From: Lepidodermella squamata
Taxonomy: Eukaryota; Animalia; Gastrotricha
Direction: 5' to 3'
NCBI GenBank assembly: GCA_047495785.1
Contig: JBLDXI010000023.1
Coordinates: 248,001-312,000, forward strand
Length of the DNA: 64,000 nucleotides
Numbering within the stretch: the first letter of the stretch is position 1; each line of letters opens with the position of its first letter. Positions 1 to 10,300 of the stretch are shown here, piece after piece. The position numbers were made by a program, and so were the translations under genes. The notes beneath the pieces were generated by a model. It saw only the letters and a list, made by a program, of their open reading frames with translations, searched no databases and was not told the origin of the DNA.

Positions 1-585
1 AAAAGCTTTTCTGGCCGGGAAAGCTGCTAAAACATGATAAATCAGGGCAATTCGATGGGTGTTTAATTGATCAGCTATTGATCTCAGAAAAATCTGCAAA
101 TCAAGAAGATTGAAGATAGACGGGCATTCTTAAAGATGATGAAACGAGTTACTAATTGTTTTCTTATGAATTATGAACTGGCTGAAGAATTTCTGATGGA
201 GTTTCAACTAAAAAAGCAGGACGACTCGCAGCACGACTTGAGTGGCAGCTAATCCACACACTCTGTTGCATAATCAGTCATTTCAAAACCACAAGAACAG
301 CTTAATGCACTGATGATCTTTCAACTCGTTTGAACTGAACTTGAAATAACTGGATCTCATGAAACCACGACAACACGCCGCTAGGTTTCTAGGAACGCAA
401 ATTTTTCACACTTAATTTTTTAAATTTATCCAATAATTATTGTTTGTTTAATTAAAAATTTACAACTAATTTATTTAGCAGGGTCCAAAATTGCGGTCTA
501 CAAACGAGGGAGTTCTTTTAACGAGGGTGCCACTAACGAGGGAGCACTGTAGCTATAATACTGATGATAAGCATGCGAAAAATAG

Positions 586-669
586 TGTCAGAAGTGGGGT
601 TCGAACCCACGCCCTCTTTCGAGGACCAGATCTTGAGTCTGGCGCCTTAGACCGCTCGGCCATCCTGAC
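586..669 (-). tRNA. tRNA-Leu(CAA), intronless
   Basis: The reverse complement GTCAGGATGGCCGAGCGGTCTAAGGCG-CCAGA CT CAA GA TCTGG-long variable arm-GTGGGTTCGAACCCCAC-TTCTGACA folds as a cloverleaf, and an oligo-T follows. Confidence 0.95.
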
Positions 670-784
670 TGCCTGATTGAACATTCAATTGGATTCAGAT
701 GAATAACCAGCGGGTTCAGCTTCGAGCATTCACTAAACCTCAAATCTTGTTTAGGCTGTACTTTATGCGACAGGGGGCGAAATC

Positions 785-834
785 GCGTCGGACTTCGGAT
801 CCGAAGATTGTGGGTTCGAGTCCCATCAGCGTCG
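785..834 (+). pseudogene. tRNA-Arg(TCG) 3' portion; 5' acceptor strand and D-arm missing or degenerate
   Basis: TCGGA CT TCG GA TCCGA anticodon arm, GTGGG TTCGAGT CCCAT T-arm and CAGCGTCG 3' acceptor strand are present, followed by a T-run. No complementary GACGCTG or canonical D-loop lies upstream. Confidence 0.75.
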
Positions 835-950
835 TCCGCTTTTGTATTTTTGTTAGTTTCAATAATTCGCTTCAAAGGCCATTGAATAGAATATTTCGCC
901 AACTGCTTGCGTAAATTTAATCTGCCTGCAATCTACCACGCATTTCAAGG

Positions 951-1023
951 GCCTTCCTAGCTCAGTCGGTAGAGCATGTGACTTTTAATCACAGGGTCGG
1001 GGGTTCGAGTCCCCCGGAGGGCG
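951..1023 (+). tRNA. tRNA-Lys(TTT)
   Basis: GCCTTCC TAGCTCAGTCGGTAGAGC A TGTGA CT TTT AA TCACA ... GGTTCGAGTCC ... GGAGGGCG, followed by a T-run terminator. Confidence 0.95.
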
Positions 1024-1110
1024 CAAGCTTTTTCCTCAGTTGCTCGGTTTAGCTGCATTCGGCTGATTTCACCGCTTCGTCGAATCACTTGCCGTGGCGT
1101 TAACTACGAA

Positions 1111-1183
1111 GGGGGATTAGCTCAAATGGTAGAGCGCTCGCTTAGCATGCGAGAGGTAACGGGATCGACGCCCGTATCCTCCA
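1111..1183 (+). tRNA. tRNA-Ala(AGC)
   Basis: GGGGGATTAGCTCAAATGGTAGAGCG CTCGC TT AGC AT GCGAG ... GGATCGACGCCC GTATCCTCCA, followed by a T-run. Confidence 0.95.
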
Positions 1184-1258
1184 CAATTTTTTCTGCCTGT
1201 AGAAACGGTTTGTTCGCCGAAATGAGACGTCGTCCCTGAAATTCTAGCTGTCACCTTC

Positions 1259-1330
1259 GGCTCAGTAGCTTAGTGGTAGAGCGTCTGCCTAGTAAGCAGA
1301 AGATCGAGGGTTCGATCCCCCCCTGAGCCT
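1259..1330 (+). tRNA. tRNA-Thr(AGT)
   Basis: GGCTCAG...CTGAGCC acceptor stem and TCTGC CT AGT AA GCAGA anticodon arm. The T-stem has one A-C mismatch. Confidence 0.9.
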
Positions 1331-1414
1331 GGTATTGGGTGAATTTTTTGAAAATAAAGCCACAAAACTTTGCCAGTCAGTTTTTATGTTGCAGGCGTGG
1401 AAATGATAAAAATG

Positions 1415-1486
1415 TTCCCTGACCGGGAATCGAACCCGGGCCGCCGCGGTGAAAGCGCGGAATCCTAACCACTAGACCATCAGGGA
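1415..1486 (-). tRNA. tRNA-Glu(TTC)
   Basis: Reverse complement TCCCTGATGGTCTAGTGGTTAGGATT CCGCG CT TTC AC CGCGG ... GGTTCGATTCC ... TCAGGGAA. Confidence 0.95.
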
Positions 1487-1577
1487 GATGATATGATGAC
1501 AACAAGACCGCTGGGCGTTTTGTGTTCATCTGTCACTTAGCGCTTTTTGCGCAGGTCGTCAAAGGTAAAAATGCGGC

Positions 1578-1649
1578 GGGCCCGTTCGGGAATTGAACCC
1601 GAGACCTCTCGCACCCGAAGCGAGAATCATACCCCTAGACCAACGGGCC
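1578..1649 (-). tRNA. tRNA-Pro(CGG)
   Basis: Reverse complement GGCCCGTTGGTCTAGGGGTATGATT CTCGC TT CGG GT GCGAG ... GGTTCAATTCC ... ACGGGCCC. Confidence 0.95.
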
Positions 1650-1727
1650 GGTGCTACGCTACCGCTAAGATGAAGGCTCTACCTAAGCGTTCGTAATGGC
1701 ACTTGGGCTTAGCAAAAACGTGGGGCA

Positions 1728-1800
1728 CGCCGAGACCCGGGATCGAACCAGGGACCTTTAGATCTTCAGTCTAACGCTCTCCCAACTGAGCTATCTCGGC
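1728..1800 (-). tRNA. tRNA-Phe(GAA)
   Basis: Reverse complement GCCGAGATAGCTCAGTTGGGAGAGCG TTAGA CT GAA GA TCTAA AGGTC CCTGGTTCGATCCCGGG TCTCGGCG. Confidence 0.96.
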
Positions 1801-1874
1801 TATTAAGTACAGCAGTGCTAGAGTTGATGCTTCGCTAGCTCATCGCAAGCTGTTATAGTTTGATCTAAAAATTG

Positions 1875-1891
1875 CGCTCCTGGGTGGGCTC

Positions 1892-1931
<40 letters not shown>

Positions 1932-1948
1932 AATTGCGCCACAGAAGC
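1875..1948 (-). tRNA. tRNA-Asn(GTT)
   Basis: Reverse complement GCTTCTGTGGCGCAATTGGTTAGCGCG TTCGG CT GTT AA CCGAA AGGTT GGTGGTTCGAGCCCACC CAGGAGCG. Confidence 0.95.
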
Positions 1949-2309
1949 TCACGGCAGGCAGAACTAGCAGGAGGCAAATGCCTGAACAACGATTGGCCAA
2001 GGTCTGCGCGAACTTAGGTCCAGTTCGATTTGCAGTAATTAGAGCAGCGGACACGATTTTATCCTTTACGGCCTTTACAGCCGCCAAGCTTTTATGATAA
2101 GCAATTATCATTTTTCCGCTCGCATTGAAAAAATCCACAATTTTATGAAAACTTGTGAAGTATTTACGATGGGATTTTTTTGCGGCTATGATGAATAATT
2201 TGGATAAACATCATTATTTTGACACGCGACCTACATTGGTGATGTGGCTGGGGCGGTGTGTGCGCGAGAACCATTGTGCGCGGACTCCGCGCTATTTTCT
2301 CCCCGATTT

Positions 2310-2725
2310 TTCCCCCGCTATTTTTAGCTCAACGCATTTATCATGTCCAAAGTCCAAAATTGCCCCACGTCGGGCCTACAATTTGAGCTCACCTGTGCAA
2401 AATTTAATCCCAGCAAATTTCCCATTTATTTTTGACAAGTCGACAGTTCATGGTGTCAACTACTGATGATAAATTTTTCAGAGAAATCGGCTTTCAGGTT
2501 GACTGGGAATAAGGGGGTCGCAAATCTACGCTTTGAGACATCCCACATTTTTAGTTATTATAATAACAGGTCACTTTCAGAATAACTTAAATTTGCTACC
2601 GTTGGCAAGCCCGTCTTTTAATGCATTTCGTGATTTTAATAGGATTTTCCTACCTCACTGATGGAACACACCTACGCGTAGAAGTAAATGTTGTCCAAAT
2701 TGAGCCCGTCCAAATTAACCCCCTT
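2310..2725 (-). mobile_element. Diverged, inverted partial copy of the Tc2/pogo-like MITE at 14681-15430
   Basis: Segments such as GTCCAAAATTGCCCCACGT, AGTTCATGGTGTCA and GACTGGGAATAAGGGGGTC match the reverse complement of about 14870-15090. Boundaries are approximate. Confidence 0.65.
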
Positions 2726-3590
2726 AATGCATAATGCATAATTTGGATAATGTGGCACGCGACCAACTTTGGCGATGTTGTTTTTGCCAAGGGAGCTGCT
2801 GGGGCGGTTCGTGTGCGCGAAAACTATTGTGCGAGGACTCCTTATGACAGGACCAATCGTAATAAACACGTCATTGTTTTTCTTGCGGACGGTCCCAATT
2901 CACCAACTCACGGCGCGTGTTCTAAGCGATAACCAACTAAATCGTATTTAATAATCACTTTCTCATTTTAAAACGCATTTACTTTTCATTTCGACAAATA
3001 ATACTGGTTGAATCATTCAGTTTGCGTGCCGTCGACTTGGGTGACTTTGGCAAGAATCGAGAATCGAAGGTGATCAAGAGGGGCTATCCAGGGCACCTTC
3101 GATTTGATACGCCAAAGTCACCCCATTTATGCATGTTAAGTGACCCTACTGCTCAAAGTCACCCCAGTCGAGCCCATGCGAGGAACATGACCATATCACC
3201 TGAGTTGCTGTCTGGCATTTTTCCATGCCGCAAATTTCTCTAATTTTGTGTTTCGAATTCTTTCCCTAAGAGTAAACCCGCTAATCTTTCGTCAGTAAGG
3301 CATAAGCTTATCATCGAAACAGAAATCCTCTTTTGTTAATGTTCAGCTCTCGCTTTCTTGTATAATCGTCGAAGCCAATATCAATCGGGCCAAAATCGGG
3401 CCAATTTCTATTCCAGAAATTCCAGCCAGATTAGATTATATTCCACTAGTGCTCCAACATCTCGAGCCCGATCACATCTAGGCCGAGTGACCTACCTTTT
3501 TATCAGAAGTTATCAGCCATTTTAGTATTTACAACGCAGCCAAGCGCTGTCAACTTCTACCACTCAATCACATTTCATTTCATTTGTCAT

Positions 3591-4182
3591 TGTTAATGTT
3601 GGGGCCCGTGCCCGAATTCGGTCGGAACGCGTTCGGGTCAGCCCGTACGCGGTCGAGTAACGGCACTTTACCACTCCGCGCTCGGGCCGGTTTAAAACTT
3701 GCCCGCATGCGACGTTTACTGTAAATTTAACAAATTCGAAGGAATCACGCTTCACCGCACACGGGCCGGCCAAGGTGCCAGCCCGAGCACGGTGGAGAAC
3801 AATGGGAACCAGTGCTATTGTTCAGCGCCGCACTCGGGCTGTCGGGCTCGGGCCTCTGGGATCGGGCCGCCGGGCTTGGGTCATCCTACAACCAACCCCG
3901 ACAATTTTACCAAGTCCCGGCCCGAGCCCGACAGCCCGAGTGCGGCGCTGAACAATAGCACTGGTTCCCATTGTTCTCCACCGTGCTCGGGCTGGCACCT
4001 TGGCCGGCCCGTGTGCGGTGAAGCGTGATTCCCTCGAATTTGTTAAATTTACAGTAAACGTCGCATGCGGGCAAGTTTTAAAACGGCCCGAGCGCGGAGC
4101 GGCAAATCAATGCTATCCGCCTGCGTACGGGCCGGCCGGAGCGCGTACGGACCGAATTCGGGCTCGGGCCCCAACATTAACA
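3591..4182. mobile_element. Foldback/palindromic MITE (about 590 bp, arms about 260 bp)
   Basis: TGTTAATGTTGGGGCCCG... pairs with ...CGGGCCCCAACATTAACA. The inner arms (about 3690-3855 versus 3918-4085) are near-perfect inverted repeats. The ORF track gives near-identical ORFs on opposite strands (MAGPCAVKRDS...). Confidence 0.85.
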
Positions 4183-4327
4183 CAAAACTTAACATTAGCT
4201 ATGACTGACATATAGGTATAGGTAGCTATGTATTGTTGGTCAGTAATAAAACGTCAGCTTATGCGGCTGATGTTTACCGATCGTTTCAACTTATAATGTC
4301 ATTATTTAGAGCGGATTATTAAAAAAA

Positions 4328-7300
4328 ATGGTCCATCTGCAATGTTTGCTGATTATTCTGCTTGCGGTACGATGTTTGTCGGAGCAACCGATAAATGACG
4401 CCGATGACGCCGAGCCCACCCTTCAAGGGTTCGGCAGCAGGTTCCCGAATCCATTCAATGTCATGATAGGCAACACATCGGCTGGTGATTGGACATCCTA
4501 CACAAATGCTGTGTCGAATCCAGGTTCGTAGTAATTTAGTTGTAGCCACCGAAATTTATATCAATGTACAAATAAGGGTAACTCGTACACATACGTATTT
4601 TTACAGGCGTTTTGTTCAAGATATGTTTTATTTGAGCACGCTAGAATGATGTTTAATACTTTATAGGAAACCAACAATATCTTTCACATTTCTTTGGTTT
4701 TATTAGAAAAATTCGTTCTCATGTTAGTGTAGAAGAAATTTTGATTTTAGTGTAGAAGGATTTAAATTTTAGAATTTCTTTAACGTTCTCAATCAACACG
4801 GGAACTAAGTAACTCGGGGCATCAAATATATGGCCGAATTTCTCTTTGGCAATTTCATCCCGGAGGTTTCTGGAAATGTGGCGGCACGAGGTGTTATTAT
4901 TTTCGAGTATAGTAAATGTTTCTTGTAGCAACATATTGTTGTCAGCGTGGCAGAAAGAACCTCTAGGCTTATCTATTTTTTGTCAATTTTACCGCCAACA
5001 ACGTTGCACTTAGTCCGAAATACTTCGATTTCGATGCCGCTTTCAAAATCTTGATTGAGTCAAAGTAATGCTTGCACATAAGCCTAAATCGATAAGCCAT
5101 TTCAGTGACACTTTTGGGTCTAACGTCGATATGGATGGGAGCCTCCTAATTAAAATTATTCTATTTTTAAATAATTCAAAATCCTCAAGAAAAACGAAGT
5201 AAAGAAATCTAGGAATCCAAAAATTGTCTCTCTTCAAGTTAACACACTTTTTGCCATTTCTTGGAAAATATAGAAATAGAAGTGCACTTACATACATAAT
5301 ATCTGCGTATCGATTTTCGAATTCTAAGAATTTTGCGATAATTGATGAAAATTGTTTTTAAAATCATTTTTGATGAAAAATATTGAAATGATGGAGACGG
5401 AAGACGCGATTCACATCATGATTCAGCTGGTCAAAAACACCGACACGGCGATTCTTGAAGAACTCGGGACCGATGAGGCGAGTTTACTGGACGGAATCGA
5501 GGCAGTACGATCAAAACATCGGCGAGTTCTGGCAGAGCTGTCATCGCTGAAGGATGATCTGCTGGAATCGCGAGCTAATTGTCTCAAACTTCATGATGAA
5601 TTGAAGGAGGCGGTGAAAACAGCCCAATGGGTGCCACCGGAGAAACGTTTTCAAGAAGTCGAAGCGGAGCTACATCTCGTTCAAAAAGAGAATGCCCGCG
5701 TGTCACTAGCTGTGTTCGGGAAAGACCGCCAGAGTGTGTACGACACCAAGCGCAAGCTGGAAGCGAGCGGCTTTGGAGTTGCCGATGTCGTATTTTTACC
5801 GCAGGGCAACGTTGCGAAATTCAAGTTCGTCACCCGAGAACAAGCAGCCGCAGCCTTGAAAACAATGAAGGATAACAAGGTTAAGTGCGACTGGTGGGAG
5901 TCGAAACACGAACGGGAATTCCGGATCATATGCGATTCTTTTATCGACAGTCACCCGGAAAAATCGCAACTGAAACGCCGAGGGGCTGAAATTTTAAAAA
6001 ATGGTAAGCCGTTCAAACGGTATGAGTCTTCGATCAAACAAATCATCGACACGGAAGCCAAGGTGGAGAGCGAGGATGAAGAGGATGATCCTCCGTCGAT
6101 GATACGTGGCGGCCGGGGCAACGACACCCGGGCGTCGATAAAACCCCCGCCGGTCCCGGATGTCTCGGTAACGGGAACAACGGACAAGGATAACGAGGTC
6201 AAGAAAGGTCAAAGGCCAAGGGTCAAAGAGTGTCACGATTGCGGCGACACCCAACATCTGCGGCGTCATTGCCCGACGCGGCTCGCGACCATTCAGTGCT
6301 ACAACTGTGAAGAGTTTGGCCATTACGCGAACGAGTGCAAGTCCGAAGTGCAAAGGCGGTTTGACCACCAGGCACGGGGCCATCAGTCACGTGGGCATCA
6401 ATCACGTGGCTACGTACCACAAGGATTTGAATCACGTGACGGCGGGGCGCATGGTCAGGCGCAGCTCGTGGCTCTGGTATGTGAACTGCTTCAAGGCGCA
6501 ACCAGACGACAACGTTGATGGGGCGGGCCTGACTGCTTGAACTATAACCGGTTTGAAATTGTTGATAATGATGATATCCAAAACTTTGTAAATAGTAACT
6601 ATGATGCCATTCTTGTTGAAAAAAATGAATTTTGTAAATATTTGTCTGATTTGCAGAATACGCAGTCAGGTCGAAATCATAACCAAAATCAAAGTCTGAA
6701 ATTGGTGGGGAAAAAGAGAAGAAGGCGGAAAAATCGAAAACATAAAAAACAATCGAAAAATCTTGATTTATTAGAGGCAATTTTTATGCTGACTTACGGC
6801 TCGCAAAATTTATCAACGGGTAAAAACAAAATTCCCTCTATTGCGGAGGAGATGAGGGAACGAAAAATTCATGTTCTTTTATTACAGGAATTTCGTAAGA
6901 AGGGCAAGGGTGAGAAGCACCAAGATGGCGTGACTATTATTTATTCCGGGGTCGATGCGAGCAGCAAAGTTAACCGGGCTGGAGTAGCATTCTGTATTTT
7001 AGGTGACCCGAACATCGTTATCACGAGCTACGAACAAATTGATGAACGAATAATAACACTTGAAATTAAGGTGGCTGGAAGAAAAATTTCGTTCGTAAAT
7101 TTATATGCGCCAGCGTCATCTGATGTAGACGAATTAGATATTTATATTTCAAAAGTTGAGAGTGTACTTGAAAAAATCGAAAAATCACGGGCCGAAAATG
7201 ATATTGTTTTGATTGGCGGCGATCTTAATGGAGTTGTTGAACGAAGTGACGATGGAAATAGCCAGACGGTGGGCAAGTATGCTGGGCTTAGCGGAAATAC

Positions 7301-10300
7301 TAAAGGCGAAAGATGGTTCGATTTTGCATGCAGAAATCAGTTATATTTTGCCAACACTTTTTACCCGAACTGTGGTTTTACTTATTTTCGAAAAATGGAA
7401 ATTAATAAGAAAAGGAAGAAGGTGGAAACAAAAAGCTATTTTTGCAGATCATTCATAGATTATCTACTAATTCCACAGTATGCGCGCAAATTTGTTGTAG
7501 ATTCACATATCGCCGAAGAGGCATGTTTAGGAGTTGATCATCACCTAGTAGTGGCTAATTTAGCAATCAACGGGACGAAAGTCTTAGAAGGAAGCGAAGA
7601 AGTCACGCGGGTCGCTCATGAAAATTTGGCCAAAGGTAAAAACGCGCGCCGACTAAAACAGATAATGGCTGAAAAATTGAAAAGAATAACCTCCTCGACT
7701 GACGCTGAGCAAATTTGGCTCGAGTTTAAGAGCATTAATGAGGAAACAGAGAAGATTTGCGGCGCAAGCGAGTTCGAAAAAAAGGGAAAAGAACCCGCTG
7801 GTGGAAAAATAAGGTGAAAAATAAAGTCAAGGAAAAGAAGCGCAAGTTCAAAACCTTCACTAAAGCTAGAAGGGTGGCGGAGGAAAAGGGGGATGTGGAT
7901 AACGAGGAAGTCAAAGCGTTATACGACGAATATGCCTTGTGCAGAGATGAAGAAAAAATTGTGGTTGAAAAGGCGAAAAAGAAAGCAAAAGTCGAGATTG
8001 CAGACGAATTTTATGCCTTAAAAGATAAACCGCAAGAGGCGCAACAGCTATTTTGGCGGATAGTTGAAAATGCTAGAAAAGGTTCGGGCAGTTTGGAACA
8101 ACGGTTGGTAATTGAAGGGGAGAACGGTGAAATTTTGACGGAAGCAGGGAAAGTAGCGGGGAGATGGAGGCAACATTTCATGGGAGTAGTAGATGGCGTT
8201 GAACTGACCACAAAAGTAGAAAATGAATCTCAGCAAGGTTTCAAAAATCAATGCGACGTAAATGAACCGGCACGAGCCATGGAAAACATCTCGCGCGACG
8301 AAATAGTAGAAGCCCTTAAAAAAGAAAAGCTTGGAAAATCACCGGGTCAAGACGAGGTGCGTAAAGAGATGCTAATTGCAATAGAGGAAATAGGAACAGA
8401 GTGGCTGTATGTACTGTTTAACAGAATTTGGACGGAAAGGCGAGTTCCTGACGATTTTCTTAATCTAATTTTGATTCCGATACCCAAGAAAGGTGACTTG
8501 AAAAAATGTGCGAATTACCGAGGAATTAGCTTAATAAGCATAGTCGCGAAATGTTACGCTCGTATTTTGGAACGCAAACTTCGATTAAAAGTTCGGAAAA
8601 TTTTAGAAGACAACCAGCACGGGTTCATGGAAGGTAAAGGCATAGGCGATTGTACCTTCATGCTAAAACAGCTAATAGAAAAATTTGTTGAGTTTGAGCA
8701 ATTTATTTTTTATTACTTTTATGGACTTGGAGAAAGCCTACGACTTTGTTGACCGCGAAGAAGTGTGGAAAGCGCTAGAGGGACTGGGAGTAGAACAAAA
8801 TCTCATCGAAAACATAAAGGCCTTGTACAGAGACAGCATAGCAACGGTTAGGGTTGGTGGTGTTGCTTGCGAGCCTTTCAGGGTCACAAAAGGGCTCAGA
8901 CAGGGCTGCCCTTTATCACCGTTGTTATTTATTTGCGTCTTCAACGTTGTATGCCAGAGAGTTAAGTTAGAAAAGTGCGGAGTACCGCTCACTGACGAAG
9001 AGTGGCTCAATATTTTGGCTTTTGCTGACGATACTGGGCTGTTAGCCATGCATAGGAACGACATGCAACTTCTTATCGATATTTTTGTTGAGGCTTGCCA
9101 GAGTCTAGGGCTCAAAATAAATGTACCAAAAACCAAATTCATGGTTATTAACAAAGGAGATGAAATTGTTGAGCCTTTTATTATTTACAATGAACGACTG
9201 GAAGAAGTTAGTAGCTTCACATATTTAGGTAGTATAATTACCTCAGATGGAGCTTCAAAAAGCGACATCAGGGCCAGAATAGAGAAAAGCTGCAAAGCTT
9301 TCGGTGCCTTGAAAAAATATATTTTTGGAAATAAATCTATTCCTATTAGCGTAAAAATGAAGTGTCTTCGAGGTACAGTAGAACCGGTTGCGAAATTTGG
9401 GGGTGAAAATTGGACGATGACCAGTGAGGATGAACGGCGACTGAACGTTTGTCAGATGCGATGCCTACGTAGCATTTGCGGTGTCACTCTGAGAGACAGA
9501 GTTAGGAATGATTATATTAGAGAGAAATGTGAAACTCAAAAATTATCTTCGATAGTAGCAAGACATCAACTTAGGTGGTACGGCCATGTTGCTCGCATGG
9601 ACCCCGAACGGCTAACCCACCGAGTACGGTATTGGAACGTGCCGGAGGGTTGGAAACGGCCTAGAGGCAGACCTAAGCTAAGGTGGCTCGACTGTATTAA
9701 GAAAAATTTGGGGCGGGTGGGAATTCAAAATTTAGAGGATGCAGATGATCTAGCGAAGGACAGAAATGAGTGGAGGCTGAAAATTCATAGTCTGGGGTGA
9801 TGAATATGATTCTTCTCGAGGGTTTTTGCATATTTTGTATTACTGATGAAAAATGATTTCGGGTTGACTAGGATCGGTCCCCTAGACTGGTCCTCCTCCG
9901 ACACGCGCTCTGCTTGCCAGGTCACCACCGTGACCTGTCCGGCAGGGTGTGTACACCGGAGTGATTTTTATTTTCAGCACGCCTTTTTGTTGTTTTTTCT
10001 AATTTTGTTTTTTACTGTTCTTTTAATGTCAAAAGTGCTGAACAATACAGAAAATGTTATGTTATGTTATGTTACATACATATTTACCGTAAACTACAGT
10101 ATAAAGGCCGCATCCTGAATAAAGGCCGCACTCGAATAATCCCCGCAAAAACACCCCATTTTCAACAATTTGGCAATAATAAAGGCCGCGCGCGAATAAT
10201 CGCCGCACTTAATAGCAATTAGCAGTCACCCTCAATGAGACACCTGGGGTGACTCCGAGTAGACGGATTATCCGCACTTCTTAGCGAATATGTAAACTCA

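Larger units (their letters stand above)
5299..10071 (+). mobile_element. Full-length non-LTR retrotransposon (LINE, RTE-like ORF2, gag-like ORF1) with 11-bp TSD
   Basis: TSD TTACATACATA at 5288-5298 and 10072-10082. It has ORF1, an APE-RT ORF2, and a 3' (ATGTT)n tail at about 10054-10073. Confidence 0.92.

Noticed and set aside
555-585. CTGATGA...GAAA, hammerhead-like core (CTGATGA also at about 2463 and 9844)
   Set aside because: No convincing stem II or flanking stems could be formed.
491-914. Short ORFs overlapping the tRNA genes
   Set aside because: They are incidental translations of tRNA sequence with no protein motifs.
3564-4215. Paired ORFs MAGPCAVKRDS... on both strands
   Set aside because: They are an artefact of the palindromic element.
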